Of a stretch of DNA of 64,000 bases, positions 39,573 through 53,262 are shown one piece after another (position 1 is the first letter of the stretch; every line of letters starts with the position of its first letter). Source of the stretch: Eledone cirrhosa (lineage: Eukaryota). The position numbers and the translations under genes were made by a program. The notes under the pieces were generated by a model that ran no database searches, was not told the origin of the DNA, and saw only the letters and a list, made by a program, of their open reading frames with translations. Location of the stretch: NCBI GenBank assembly GCA_964016885.1, contig OZ024751.1, forward strand, positions 8,804,001 to 8,868,000, given 5' to 3'.

Positions 39573-40480
39573 CGATTGCAAATTCAGTTTCTTACAATCA
39601 ATGCATTCACAATGGTGATTTATAACTACTGTCACACGGTTAGATACCTTTCGAGAAAGGAAAGAGGTTATACTTGAGCAAATTGATACAAATATTTGAC
39701 TGATATTTCATTATTTATTTTTAGTGAGTGGATAGTTAGTTGGAAGGTGAAACCGACAGCAGTAGCATTCCAACACAGAACCTAAAAATGCATAATTAAA
39801 TAAATACATCAAGGCGTTATTATGCGTCACTCTATTGATTCTGCCATTGGTAAATGGTGAAAGAACAGTAAATAATCTTAAATCAACAAATAGGAAAACA
39901 CAATCGCTAAAGTTTCTGTTTTTCTTAATTGCTGACATGTAAAAAGAAAAAACAAAGGAATCAATCAAACACACAAAAATAATATAAACAATAAAATGAA
40001 AAAATGATGAAGAGAAAATATAAACCAGATTAAACAAATTTTAATTAACTTGACATTTCCTTCAAAGTATAAAATTATTTTAAATATAATAAAACTAAAA
40101 TTAAAAATATCTAGATATAAATGAATGAATGTCAATTCATGACAAACGGAATATAGAATTAACCAAATCTTGGTAGTAAAGAAGTAAAATATATTCAATT
40201 ATACAGAATTAAATTTAATAAAATACAAATTGAACGAAAAAATAACAAATAAATGAAACATTAAATATAGGAAATGAAAATGTGGTTGTATTCGTGAAGA
40301 TCGAACGACATTTGACGTGATTGCAAAACTAGAAATTACTATTGATCAAATGCGAACAATGATAATGATAATGATGATGTTGAAGGTGGTAGGAGTGTTA
40401 ATGATTGAACACAGCAAAGAAATAAAACATTCAAGACGACCACCCCATCAATTTCTTATTCTATCTGTTTTATATATATA

Positions 40481-40635
40481 AGAACTGAGAAACCGGTAAA
40501 GGAACCAAATAAATATATATATATTATTTTAAATAAGAGTCCAGTTGCATTTTCGATTTCATCTTTTTTCTTTATACTTTCACTCGTGTAGGAGACCTCC
40601 GTTATTTTTCATTTTGTAAAAAAAAACTCACTTTA
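40481..40635 (+). repeat. Isolated 3' end of the 43780-44065 PLE terminus
   Basis: Begins inside the hammerhead stem II loop (AGAACTG.GAAACCGGTAAAGG) and runs into (TA)n. Confidence 0.8.
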
Positions 40636-40643
40636 TATATACA

Positions 40644-40736
<93 letters not shown>

Positions 40737-40867
40737 GTGAGGTTTTTTTTACAAAATGAAAAATAACCGAGGTGTCCTACACGAGGGAAGGTATAAAGAA
40801 AAAAAGATGAAATCGAAAATGCAACTGGAGTCTTATTTAAAAAAATATATATATATTTATTTGTTTC

Positions 40868-40903
40868 TTTTACCGGTTTCGCAGTTCTTCTGCTTTTCGA
40901 AAG
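40868..40903 (-). ncRNA. U3-A8 hammerhead motif, U4 changed to C
   Basis: CTT-TCGAAAA-GCAG(AAGAA)CTGC-GAAACCGGTA-AAA. Confidence 0.6.
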
Positions 40904-43900
40904 TAGAGCTGAGTTGGAGCGTCTGTGGTTTTTCTCACATCTGGTTGGTCTCATGTGAAAAAGTGGCTCGAAATGCCAGGTTTTTAGAGAAGTAAATTGA
41001 TTGGTTGGTCAATAATTATAATAAATTTCGCGCCAGTTCGCGTTACAAAGTTCTTCAAACAAGGGGGGCTCAGGTTCTTTTTTCATATATGAGTGTCTGA
41101 ATTTCTAAACCCAAACCCAACACGAGTCGAAGGGAATGGGAGATTATCTATGAACTAAAAAACAATACGGACATTATAATTTAGGAAGAGGACAACGGAA
41201 GTACTGTTGTCATTATGGAGGCTGAACAATATAAAACTTCTATGTTTTCTCTCTTACAAAATACTAATTACTATGAAAGAGTAAAAAACTACCAGCAATC
41301 AAAAACAATGACCAGATTAAACACAGTGATTTATCGATACCAGGAAGACCTAACTAAAAAGGAACGCGATTATTTAACACATTTTGAATACAAAACCAGC
41401 AACCTTTCGGACTTCCGAAGATCCACAAGTGTAAACTAATTTACGATGCCTGTAAACAATCCGTCTCAGCCTGCGTGAACACACAATACCCCACAGACCT
41501 TAAATTAAGACCAATTGTAGCGGGCCCACAATGTGAAACACACAGACTGAGCAACTTTATAGACATACTACTAAAACCAATTCTCAAACACATACCAAGC
41601 CTTGTAAGAGACGATCTGGACCTCTTAAACCACCTCCCCAAACATGTCAACAACGACACTATTATTGTGTCTTTCGATGTAGTGAATCTCTACACAACAA
41701 ACCCACACCAATACGGACTAGAAGCAATAGAATTCTGGCTGGAGAAATATCCCACTGAGATACCTGGCAGAATAGAAAAAAAGCTTCATCACCGAGGGAT
41801 TAAAATTCATCTTACAGAACAACTTTTTTTATTTCGATGGCAGTACTTATAAGCAAATATCGGGGACTGCGATGGGTACAAAAGCCGCTCCAACTTATGC
41901 CAACTTAGTCATGGCATACTTAGAAGTCCAGATATATGAACAGTCCAAATCAAAATACGGATTGAACTTCCACAAATATTTATCAGAGAATTGGAAACGC
42001 TACTTGGATGATTGTCTCATCTTTGGTCCCGCACACTCGACCAACTGAAGGATTTCAAAAACTAAATAACGGCATCAATAACCACATCCAATTCACAATG
42101 GAATACAGCCAAGATCAACTCCCATTTCTGGACATCTTAATCTTAGAAAAAGACACAATATTGAAACTGACATACACTACAAACCAACAGATTCCAAACA
42201 ATACCTGCTATTCACCTCCAACCTTCCAAAGCACACGAAGACGAACATTCCTTTTAACCTAGCAAGAAGAATTTGCACAATTGTCTCCAATTATGAAACG
42301 CGAAATAAAAGACTTCAAGAATTAAAGGAAATTCTACTCGAAAGAGAGTACTCGCCATTACTAATAAATAATGGAATAGAAAGGGCTAAAGCAATAAGCA
42401 TTGATGAATTACGTAAACAAAAACAAATTCAAGGTACGTCCCATATTCTCTCATATATCTCAACACACAACCCAAGAAATGCGGCAGCTTACAACACTAT
42501 TAACAAGAACATCCCACCACTAAAACAAAACCCAAGAATGAAAAAAGCCCTTGAAACACACAAAATAATCAAAAGCAAAAGACAACCGAAATCACTGAAA
42601 ACATTACTCACCAATGCCAAATTACCTACCACAAACCCACAACCAAGTGTCAAAAAATGTGGTCGCTCTAATTGTGGAACCTGCACCCACCCCATTGAAG
42701 GCAACACGTATATATTTAAATCAGGACAAAAAATCACTTCACTTGCTCATCAAAAAATCTGCTTTATGCCATTAAATGTAAAGGATGCAATGAAGATTAT
42801 ATAGGACAAACTAAACTCACACTCAGAAACAGAATGACAGTTCATCGCCAACAATTACGAGATTCAACCACGAGACAGATACCACTAAGCGCACATCTAG
42901 ACATATGCACAAGTAATAAGACACCCAAATTCCTAGTCTTCCCATTTTACCTTTGCGCTAACAATACAACAGAACAAATACGAATAAATAAGGAAAATAT
43001 GTTTATTCAAAAATATAGACCAGCATAGATTATAGTTTAATATACATTATGTCAACACCATAACATGCTAACCATCCAAACAGACACATGCACACACACA
43101 CATAACACCTGCTACTTTAGAAAATAAATACCCGAACTAAATAAACCTTTACATACGTTTGCGTTGACAATACAACAGAACAAATACGAATAAGTGAGGA
43201 AAATATGTTCATTCAAAAATCTTCCTACTAAAGGAATCATTTTCCTACACACACACAATATATATATATTCTCTTCATCTTAACATGATGACCATACTCC
43301 CACACACAGAACACCCATACGCACACACATAACCCCCCCATACACAACTCCCTCCCCCATTTCTACTAATAGAATCACTTTCCTACACACATATATACAC
43401 ACACACAAAATATATATATTCTCTACATCTTAACATACTCCCACACACACACACATAATACCCATATACACACACACACAACGCCCTCCCCCATTTCTAT
43501 TATAGAATCATCTTCCAATACACACACACACACACAAGCACACACATAACCATACACATCTTACTTTCTTTATTTCAATAGAAAATCTGAATTCTGACAC
43601 CCCAGCGAACTAACCATATTCACTGAACCAGAAGAATTCTCCCATCCCATTTCTCTTGACCATTATCTTTTGCTTGTCATAAAATTCTCTAAAATGGCTA
43701 CAGAATAGATTTCCAAATAAGGGCGCGAAATTTAATGAAAACTTGTTCACGTGACAGACATAATTTCATAACCTGAGACCCCCCGCCCCTTGTTTGAAGA
43801 ACTTTGTAACGCGAACTGGCGCGAAAATTATTGACCAACCAATCAAATTACTTCTCTAAAAACCTGGCATTTCGAGCCACTTTTTTCCATATAAAACAAG

Positions 43901-43958
43901 CAACATTCAAAGACCAACCAGATGTTAGAAAAACAACAGACCCTCCATCTCAACTCTA

Positions 43959-43994
43959 CTTTTGAAAAGCAGAAGAACTGCGAAACCGGTAAAG
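43959..43994 (+). ncRNA. Minimal type I hammerhead, U3-A8 core
   Basis: CTT-TTGAAAA-GCAG(AAGAA)CTGC-GAAACCGGTA-AAG. Confidence 0.78.
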
Positions 43995-44058
43995 GAACCA
44001 AATAAATATATATATCTTTTTTTAAAATAAGACTCCACTTGCATTTTCGATTTCATCT

Positions 44059-44173
<115 letters not shown>

Positions 44174-44195
44174 GTATGTATATATATATATGTAT

Positions 44196-44240
<45 letters not shown>

Positions 44241-44275
44241 TTAAAAAAAATAGAGGTGTAACACACGAGTTGTGA

Positions 44276-44653
44276 TATATTAGTAAAAGGAAAAGAAAAT
44301 GCTGACAATTTTTTCCCAGTGAAAAATAGTTTAATTAGGAAAAAGTATAAATTCGTAATAAGTATTGGATAGTATTCAGTTTTAGTTTTAAATTTTTACC
44401 GGTTGCGCATTTCTACTGCTTTCAAAAATAATTTTGAGATTGAGCGCTGGTGATGTTTGCTCTAATCAGATTAAAGCAAACATCACGAGCGCTCTATCTC
44501 AAAATTATTTTTGAAAAGCATTAGAAATGCGCAACCGGTAAAAACTTAAAACTAAAACTGAAAACTAACCAATACTTATTACTAATTTATACTTATTCCT
44601 AATTAAACTATTTTTCACTGGGAAAAATTTGTCAGCATTTTCTTTTCCTTTTA

Positions 44654-44660
<7 letters not shown>
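44276..44660. repeat. ~385-bp spacerless palindrome of two PLE-type termini with hammerhead-like motifs
   Basis: Centre ~44468. Motif TTT-TTGAAAA-GCAT(TAGAA)ATGC-GCAACCGGTA-AAA at 44508-44543, mirror copy at ~44394-44428. Confidence 0.88.
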
Positions 44661-44704
<44 letters not shown>

Positions 44705-44707
<3 letters not shown>

Positions 44708-46335
44708 GGAGGTGAGTTTTATTGTAGTACAATAAAGCAATGTAGATATCGGATAAGAAGCACACTACAATTTGTAGGACTGGAGTATACATAATATATA
44801 AGATCAAAAGATGGTTAAAAGAGTTCCATGTATTTTATTATGCGCATTTCAAAAACAAATATCATCATGCAATAATATTTGTGTTTTCATCAGATAAAAT
44901 AGGAAGACATGATATGAAGGTTAAAAAACACTTGTGAATAGTGCAGTTTTAAATCAACATATGAAAAGTAGTTTTAGATTGATGTGTAATATTGTGAAAA
45001 AAAAAAATTTGAGTGGGGGGGAGATGAGAGTAAAAAGTAGAGGGGAGGAGTATAATGAGGAAGGATGAGATAGGAGGAGAGGATGGGTATATTTTTAAAG
45101 AAGTATATATATGTGCCTTTGAGAAAAGGATTCTAAATTGATAAAGTATTGGATATTAGCTGTACACTTTATGGAATGTTCTGTGGAATTTATGCAAGCA
45201 GAGAGAAAACAAGTCAGTGCGTCTATTTATTATAGAATCTAAATTAGATATAATGGTAAATTTTTCATTTAGACAGAGATTGCAAGTCTTGGATAGAGAA
45301 CTGTTCGGAGTAGAAGAAACCTTTTCCCAAGAGATGTTATATTTAATATTTTTGTCTTTCAAGGACCATATGAGTTCTGAGAGAGCCGTGTTGGTTCTTT
45401 TAAGTTGGTATTTCAAAGACGAATGATGATTATAAAGACTAGCTTTAAAGGAGGTGGAAGTGGAGCCAAAATAGGTGAAGGAATTGGTGTCAGTTATAAC
45501 TTTACATTCGTAGATTAAATTGAGAGGACATTTATTTTTAACAGGGCAATTGCAATTGCGATTAGAGAGATTATTAACGAGTGACCTAGTGTTATCTAGC
45601 AATTGGATTGGAGAAGTTATTTGCGATAGGAATAATAGTTTCTTGATTTAGAATGGGATTAAGAACATTTAGCGAAGTTCTGTTTGACGTTGTATTTGGG
45701 TTTGCAGAAATTAGCCTAGAGTTTACAATAACGTCGGGAGTACTATTACTATTATTATGATATCCAGTGTTGGAAGGAAGAGATTTAGTATTTAGTATTT
45801 TATTGTTGTGTTTAGAGATAATGTTGGAAATGTTGGAGGATGTCGAATAAGAGAATTTTATAGTGTGTTTGTTAAATATTTTACTATAGATATGTGAAGG
45901 AGGGAAGCATTTATTTAAGGCACTAACAAATAATTTAGGAATATTGTTATTAATAGAGATGGAAAAAGGAGCATGATACCAGATTATGTTTTTGTATCTA
46001 GGTCTTTTATTAAAGTTATTGGAATGATCATGATTAATTATTCTACTGTAAGATCTAGAATTTGTTTCTTTACTATATTTGATTTTATCAGGATAGCCGG
46101 CTTTAGAAAGCGCGTTATTATAGTAATTGGCGTTAGCATCAAAGATATTTTTATTAGAAGATAGGTTAGATTTTATTTTTCCAATATTACTAACTATAGC
46201 ATTCTTAATATTAGTGCACTATTTACAAGTGTTTTTTAACCTTCATATCATGTCTTCCTGTTTTATCTGATGAAATGCGCATAATAAAATACATGGAACT
46301 CTTTTAACCATCTTTTGATCTTATATATTATATAT
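44705..46335 (-). mobile_element. 5'-truncated Penelope-like element with an inverted terminal copy
   Basis: GIY-YIG 45156-45602 (CNC..CPL..IYECKV..YFGSTSTSFK..LSELIWSLK). 46215-46330 is an inverted copy of 44795-44945. Confidence 0.87.
44831..44901 (-). ncRNA. Type I hammerhead, canonical core, apparently intact
   Basis: TATTTTAT-CTGATGA-[AAACACAAATAT..ATATTTGTTTTT]-GAAATGCGCATA-ATAAAATA; palindromic ATGCGCAT. Confidence 0.85.
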
Positions 46336-46342
46336 ATATATA

Positions 46343-47060
46343 TCTTATTTGCTAAACCTTGATTATATATGTTCTGGCTGGTTAATTTATTAACCTGCCA
46401 TAGAACCACATTGGCAGATGGTTGGATAATACATGTGTCCCTATATGTATTTTACGTGTAGGGAAATATACTTTATTATTATTAATCTTCACTTGGACGA
46501 GATAATATTTGGTCGTTTTGACTGCTGCTGTTTCTAGTGGTAGTAGATTGACATCTCCGCCTCTGCCTTCTATCTTTGTACACGGATCTGGACAGAATTG
46601 CTTCCACATCATTTATTCTCATCTCGGGAACAATTTAGAATAGCGCCAGTTCGTAATTCGAACTCGGGAATATTATATTCTCCGAGTGAAAAGAACCATC
46701 CGACGAGAGTTTTTCTTTTCAATGGAGGCCCGTAACGACTATCTATTTATTTTTGAGACTCGAAACCCTACGGTAAAGGTAACCATAGCAGATACAGTGA
46801 ATTTTTTAAATTTATTTTAAAACTTTTTCTTATTTGCTAAACCTTGATTATATATGTTCTGGCTCGTTAATTTATTAACCTGCCATTGAACCACATTGGC
46901 ATATGGTTGGATAATACATGTGTCCCTATATGTATTTTACGTGTAGGGATATATACTTTATTATTATTAATCTTCACTTGGACGAGATAATATTTGGTCG
47001 TTTTGACTGCTGCTGTTTCTAGTGGTAGTAGATTGACATCTCCGCCTCTGCCTTCTATCT
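46343..47060. repeat. ~233-bp direct repeat (46343-46575, 46828-47060)
   Basis: Two near-identical units separated by ~250 bp. Confidence 0.9.
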
Positions 47061-47239
47061 GCGCATGCGTTTGCGCGTGTGTGTAGTGGTTTGTTTGTAT
47101 AGTAAACTAAGATAGAATACATTAACCAATACACAGGCACCCAAACAAGAACACACATCAAACAAAACGCTATACACACACGCAAACGCATGCGCAGAGA
47201 ATACAAAAAATAATACATAAAATGGCTACTACATCCCCC

Positions 47240-49605
47240 CTGTCCGACTTGAGGTCGTTTAAGAGTTTGCCATGTTTCCAGGGCATCCCCAGGCCACGTA
47301 CATTCACACGTCCAACTCTTATGTTGGCCATTTTGATGCTGAAAAGTTAAAAGAAGAGGAAAAGAAATCACTCACCACTTCGTCTCTTGGGGATCAGGCT
47401 GCACAATGTCTATGGGGTGTTGGAGGGGTTGTTTGGTAGGGTGGTGGTTCCTGGCGCGGGGGGGGGGAAATGTTGGTGGGGAGGGGGTATCTGGTCGGGG
47501 GGGGGGGTCTGGGATGGGGGTGTTGAAACGTTTAAAGAGGACGCGGTTCGTTGGTTTAACACACATATTCCCCACGTCCTCAGCAAAGTTTTCCTTTAAG
47601 GACTTATAGGTGTCCGTAGGGAACCTAATCATCCTTAAATTAGGTTTGTCTTTACATTTGGTAAAATATTTTCCTTCGGTTTCCACGGAAGGGTTTTGGA
47701 GATGACCTCCATCAACGTTTTATTGTCAGTGTTTATGTAAGTATAATATTTTTGTTGTGTTGTGTTAATTTTTGTCTGTTGCCCTTGTGTGTGTTTTCGT
47801 TTTGTTGTGGGTATTTGTGTTTGTCATTGTTTTGTTTTCGGGGGGGCTTGTTTTTAATGTTTGTGCTGTTTGTGTTGGTGGTTGTGTGTGTGTTGCCTTT
47901 TTGTTCATGTTATGTATTTTTTACTTTCTTTTGGAACGGAGGGGTTCTCCCTCATCATCACTGAGTGATGACGAGGGGGTTTCGTCCGCTGTGTTGTCTG
48001 TTTGATTGGGGAGGTGTACGATTTGGGGAGCTATTGTGCTTGTGGGTGTTTTGGGAGTTGTTTTAGGTGGGGAGAGTTTTGGTGGGATTGTGTTTGCAGT
48101 TTGGTTTGTATTCATTATTTTTGTGTGGATTGGCAGTATCGGTAGAGGGTCGGACGCCATGCTTTCCAGCATAGTTACGTCCCTTTACGATCTGAGTTCA
48201 AATCCCGCCCAGGTTGACTTTGCCTTTTATCCTTACGGGGTCGATAAAATAAAGTACCAGTAATGCGCTGGGTAATTGCTGGCCTTGTGCCTAATGTAGA
48301 AACAATTATGTTTGTGTGTTGTTTGGTGTTGTGGTGGTGGTGGTGGTGGTTGAGTTGTTGTGTTAGGTGTGGGCAGTAGTGCCTTTTTTAATGCAGTTAA
48401 TTGAGGACAGGAAGCCCTCAGGTGGCCACTGCTTAAACACTGGTAACATCATGGCCGCCTACCCTCAACAGAAATGTTTATGTAGGAATTTCCATCCAGA
48501 GGCACACGTTGTGGTTTTCTAGCTATCCGTTCTGGTCTCATATGGACCAGAACTTCTAAGCTTGTACCGTCGAATATGCTCCTGGAGGACTTTCCTACCG
48601 AAATTACTGTATCTTCATCAAAATTGATGAAACCAGCTAATATCCACCAGATGTTTACATTTGGTGTGATATTTGTTACTCTTATTTTTGGGGTCCTTTT
48701 TCCCATATATGTGGGGGAAAAGGTGTAGAGGGGGATACAATTGGCGACACAGAATATATCTGTGCCGTCAATTGGTCTTTCATTAGCACCGAAATGCTTC
48801 CAAAAAGTTTGCCTTTTTGGATGAAGGCAATATCCTTCATTGAATTTTTCAGAACCAGTTCAATTTCGTTTTGAGATAATTGGATTGTTTTTTTTTAGAC
48901 ACATTTGAAACTGTCCTAAAAATTACTATTTTTAGGATAGTTTCTCTACGTAACTGTTGAGGAGAAGTGATGCTGAAAGCACCACTGTCACCAAAAGTTA
49001 CATACTGCTTTGCATCACTTAACAGCTCCTTAGCATTGGAAATGTCAAGGTATGTAAACAGTTCCGTCTTTTGGACGGTTTTTACGAAGGAAATATTTTC
49101 CTTGTGTGTGGAGTTGTTCGTCTTGCTGTTGTTGGTGGTGTTGTTGTTGTTCTTCTTCTTGTTGCCATTGTTGATGTTGTTGTTGTTCTGGTTGGTGTTG
49201 TTTACCTTTTTCATGTTATTGGTGTTGGTGTTGGTGTTGGTGTTACAATCAACGTTTGACATCATGTTTTCAAAACTGACGACATTTTCGACGTCTTTCA
49301 ATGAGGTGGTGAGAGGAGATGACTGCGAACTTAACACTCTTACCGCCTCTCCACCACTTCTAGTATTGGACGCGTCGTCCATGACTGAATGCAAAATTTG
49401 TTTACAACTTTTTTTTCAGCGAAAAAATTTTTTTCAAACGAAAATTTCGCCCCAGGGAAGGGTGAAGATGAGTTGACCTACCGTCCAGACGTCCAGACGT
49501 GGGGGTTAAGCTATAAAATATTATCTAATTTAACAATAAAATTTTGATTTCTTACTTAGAAAATCAACAAAAACTTACCAGCCAACTGGCACACGTCTAT
49601 CAAGA
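47240..49605 (-). mobile_element. 5' part of an L1/Tx1-clade LINE (ORF1 plus APE start), interrupted by a SINE
   Basis: ORF1 fragments homologous to the 1245-6853 element (KIRVTNI..VEGRRP, knuckle CYQCLSSGHLRASCP, YKSLKENF). ORF2 start (NVRG..WKHGKLLNDLKS) stops at ~47240. Confidence 0.82.
48128..48304 (+). mobile_element. tRNA-derived SINE with a 14-bp TSD
   Basis: Flanked by ATTATTTTTGTGTG (48114-48127) and ATTATGTTTGTGTG (48305-48318). Confidence 0.9.
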
Positions 49606-49607
49606 TG

Positions 49608-49627
49608 ATAGATAGATAGATTATAGC

Positions 49628-49712
<85 letters not shown>
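49608..49712. repeat. (GATA)n microsatellite
   Basis: Direct reading. Confidence 0.95.
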
Positions 49713-50874
49713 GTGTGTGTGTACGTGGATAATCTATGAGGTTATAGTGTAGTGATTCACTATTTTCGTTGGTCAGATGAGATACGCTCAATGCACTGCT
49801 ACCTCCCCTGTTTTTCTGGAGTAAAACCCGGATGATTACGATATATTATCATTAAGGTTGGTTCAGGTAACGGAGCATTTAAAATTCAAAATTGTAAGAA
49901 AGTCACGTATAGGAAATTATTATTTATTCATACATCACTACGAACGTTTCAATACGGCTAAAATATCACATCCATTTGCAGAGCAACTGGGGATTGTCTT
50001 CTTTTTGAACAAGATAAGAAAAAATACTGTGTATTTATACATCTATTTCTATACATGCGTACAACACTAACTAATGAAAAAAAAAAGTGCTAAATAATTT
50101 TCAAATGTTTCTCTTATAACTTAGTAAACAAACTACCCTAAATTTATAAATAAAAAAACTTTAACAACCCTACTGTACCCAAGTCCTAATTATAAGTATT
50201 GTTTCTGGAAGAAAAAACAGATAAACGTATGCTTGTTTTAAATATGAAAAAAACTAATAAAATCTGCTGCATAATAACCATTTGAAATCTCACTGCATGC
50301 CTAAAAGATTTCAGTTCTCTCATTATCTTGATATTTTCTTATGTTATTATTTATAATATGTTTTTTCTGAATATTTCCTCAAGATATATGGTTGAGATAA
50401 AGCATCCATAATAGAGATAATCTCCAGTTGCTCTGCATTTTTAACTATGGTCAATTACAATAAACTCCACCACACAATAGAGTGAAGCTGGAAACGAAAA
50501 GACCTGCGGCCAATAAAAAATACCCACAAAAATTTAAGATTAATTTTGGAATATGTAATCACATCACAATTCAATGATAAAGTAAACAGAAACAATATCA
50601 ATTTAAGTCAGTCTAACAAAATACATTATTTTGGCATGAAACAGATACACATTCTGGAGATGAACATTAGACAAAGTATATTTACAACTAAATGAATCAG
50701 ATTTCACCTACTGAGGATAATATAGTGAAAGTCTAGAACGTTTCTAATGGATTTGGGTGCAAGGCTGTTTTGATAGACCTACAAAGGAAACATGGGTAAA
50801 TATGAAGAATAATTAATTAATTGTAAGTTTGTAATAATATTTATCTAAACGTTCTGCTATCCATATATACAAAT

Positions 50875-51241
<367 letters not shown>

Positions 51242-51244
51242 TAT

Positions 51245-52225
51245 AGTTAATTTATTCCCGCTTGAGTCGGAGGTAACAACAGTAAGTAAGGTACTCAATA
51301 CATAGCAGAGTATAAAAGTTTTAATAGAGATGAGATTCTACAGGACTAGAACTGTTTCATTCTTTAGAAATCATCAGGAATCTGACTTTCTAAAAATAAA
51401 TGTTGTAGTATTTATATCTTTTCAGGTGGGAGGAGAGGGTGGGGCGTGGGATGGGTGGAGGTATTTGGTTGAAAGAAAAGGGAATTCATTAAAACCTAAT
51501 TGTTTAAGGCTATAATTAATATTTAGAGTGACAAAGTCAGAAATAATTCTATAAACAAGTTCAGAATGGGGTGCCACTCCTTATTTTTAAGTTTCTCTTT
51601 AGCTAACAATGCCTATATTTCAGGTGTCTATAAGATAGTTGGGGTCGGTCATGGTTGATGGATTTAAAGAAAAGGGAAATTCTTTAAAAGCTAATTCTTG
51701 AAACGAAACGAAAAGAAATAGAAGAGGAATGAAGGAGAAGGGAGGGATATAGGTATTGGTTTTTGTGGGTAATTAAAGGCGTTAGATACAATAAGAGGGT
51801 ATAAAATCTAAGTATATGCAGTTTGTCAGTTGGTAGTAAGAGGTTAAGGGTTCGATTTGCACTTGTAGTGCGAACACTTTTCTTTGAGTCTATGGTTACA
51901 ATAAATTGATCTTTCGATTTTATTGTTGAGTAACTTATTCTTCGAACACAAAATGTGGAACAGCTCAAGGTCACATAATCGACAGCTTCTCATACCTCTC
52001 CGATAGGGGGGCGCGTTCGATAATTTGTTCCACTTCAGGGTGTATTGATAGTTACTTTCCCTCAGGTGCCAGGTCTTGTTTGCAAAGGTAGTGACATAAC
52101 GATGCTGGGAATGTTTCATTGCGTAACGGCGTGTATACCAACGGGCTTTAAATGTATTCCCAGTCCCCGATGTAGTACCATTTCTGGTTGTCTGATTCCA
52201 CTGTGCATTGGTAAACCTGGTTAGA
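51245..52225 (-). mobile_element. 3' fragment of a Penelope-like element
   Basis: GIY-YIG remnant ~51844-52225 (VYQCTV..YIG..TFKARWY..TW.LRE..CRLCDLE..C.H) followed by a 3' UTR with a hammerhead. Confidence 0.8.
51333..51383 (-). ncRNA. Type I hammerhead, canonical core
   Basis: AGATTC-CTGATGA-TTTC(TAAA)GAAT-GAA-ACAG[TTCTAGTC]CTGT-A-GAATCT. Confidence 0.8.
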
Positions 52226-52516
52226 CTGCATACATTATGTAATCACTCTATACTATTCCGTTTGTCCCCCCACTTTCTAATTCCTCTTCCTCTCTCTCTA
52301 TACTAGTAAATACAATTCCAAAAAATGTTTTTCTCTATATATTAAGAACTATTTCAAGAGTAACTTACTCACTATTTTGAGAATTTGGACGTGAACAACA
52401 ATTATCATTGAGTGGCTGCTTTTTGCAGTATAGCAATATAAGGTTGCACTTACCAATGAAACAGTCGTAAATACCTGGATAAATGCATTCTCTTAATGCT
52501 TACCTGTGTTTTCACT

Positions 52517-52548
<32 letters not shown>

Positions 52549-52639
52549 TATTTGTGTATGTGTTTTGTATATGTGTATATATGTGTATTTCTGTAGATGT
52601 TTTTGTATGTGTTTATATATGTGTATATTTATATGTATG

Positions 52640-52737
<98 letters not shown>

Positions 52738-52845
52738 AATGTATGTGTATGTATGTGTGTATGTATATATATATATATAAAAAGATGAAATCGAAAATGC
52801 AACTGGAGTCTTATTTTTTTTTTAAATATATATATTTATTTGGTC

Positions 52846-52881
52846 CTTTACCGGTTTCGCAGTTCTTCTGCTTTTCAAAAG
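52846..52881 (-). ncRNA. Minimal U3-A8 hammerhead
   Basis: CTT-TTGAAAA-GCAG(AAGAA)CTGC-GAAACCGGTA-AAG. Confidence 0.78.
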
Positions 52882-52953
52882 TAGAGTTGAGATGGAGTCT
52901 GTGGTTTTTCTCACAGATGTGAGAAAAACCACAGACCATCCATCTCAACTCTA

Positions 52954-52989
52954 CTTTTGAAAAGCAGAAGATCTGCGAAACCGGTAAAG
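52954..52989 (+). ncRNA. Minimal U3-A8 hammerhead
   Basis: CTT-TTGAAAA-GCAG(AAGAT)CTGC-GAAACCGGTA-AAG. Confidence 0.78.
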
Positions 52990-53127
52990 GAACCAAATAA
53001 ATATATATATTTAAAAAAGAAATATGACTCCAGTTGCATTTTTGATTTCATCTTTTTTTCTTTATACGTTCACTCATGTAGGACACCTCGGTTATTTTTC
53101 ATTTTGCAAAAAAAACCTCACTTTCTA

Positions 53128-53159
<32 letters not shown>

Positions 53160-53202
53160 GTATATGTGTGTGTATATATGCGTATATATATATATATATG
53201 TC

Positions 53203-53259
<57 letters not shown>

Positions 53260-53262
<3 letters not shown>

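Larger units (their letters stand above)
52779..53125. repeat. Spacerless palindrome of two PLE termini (family of 43900-44065)
   Basis: Centre ~52917, (TA)n on both sides, no coding sequence. Confidence 0.9.
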
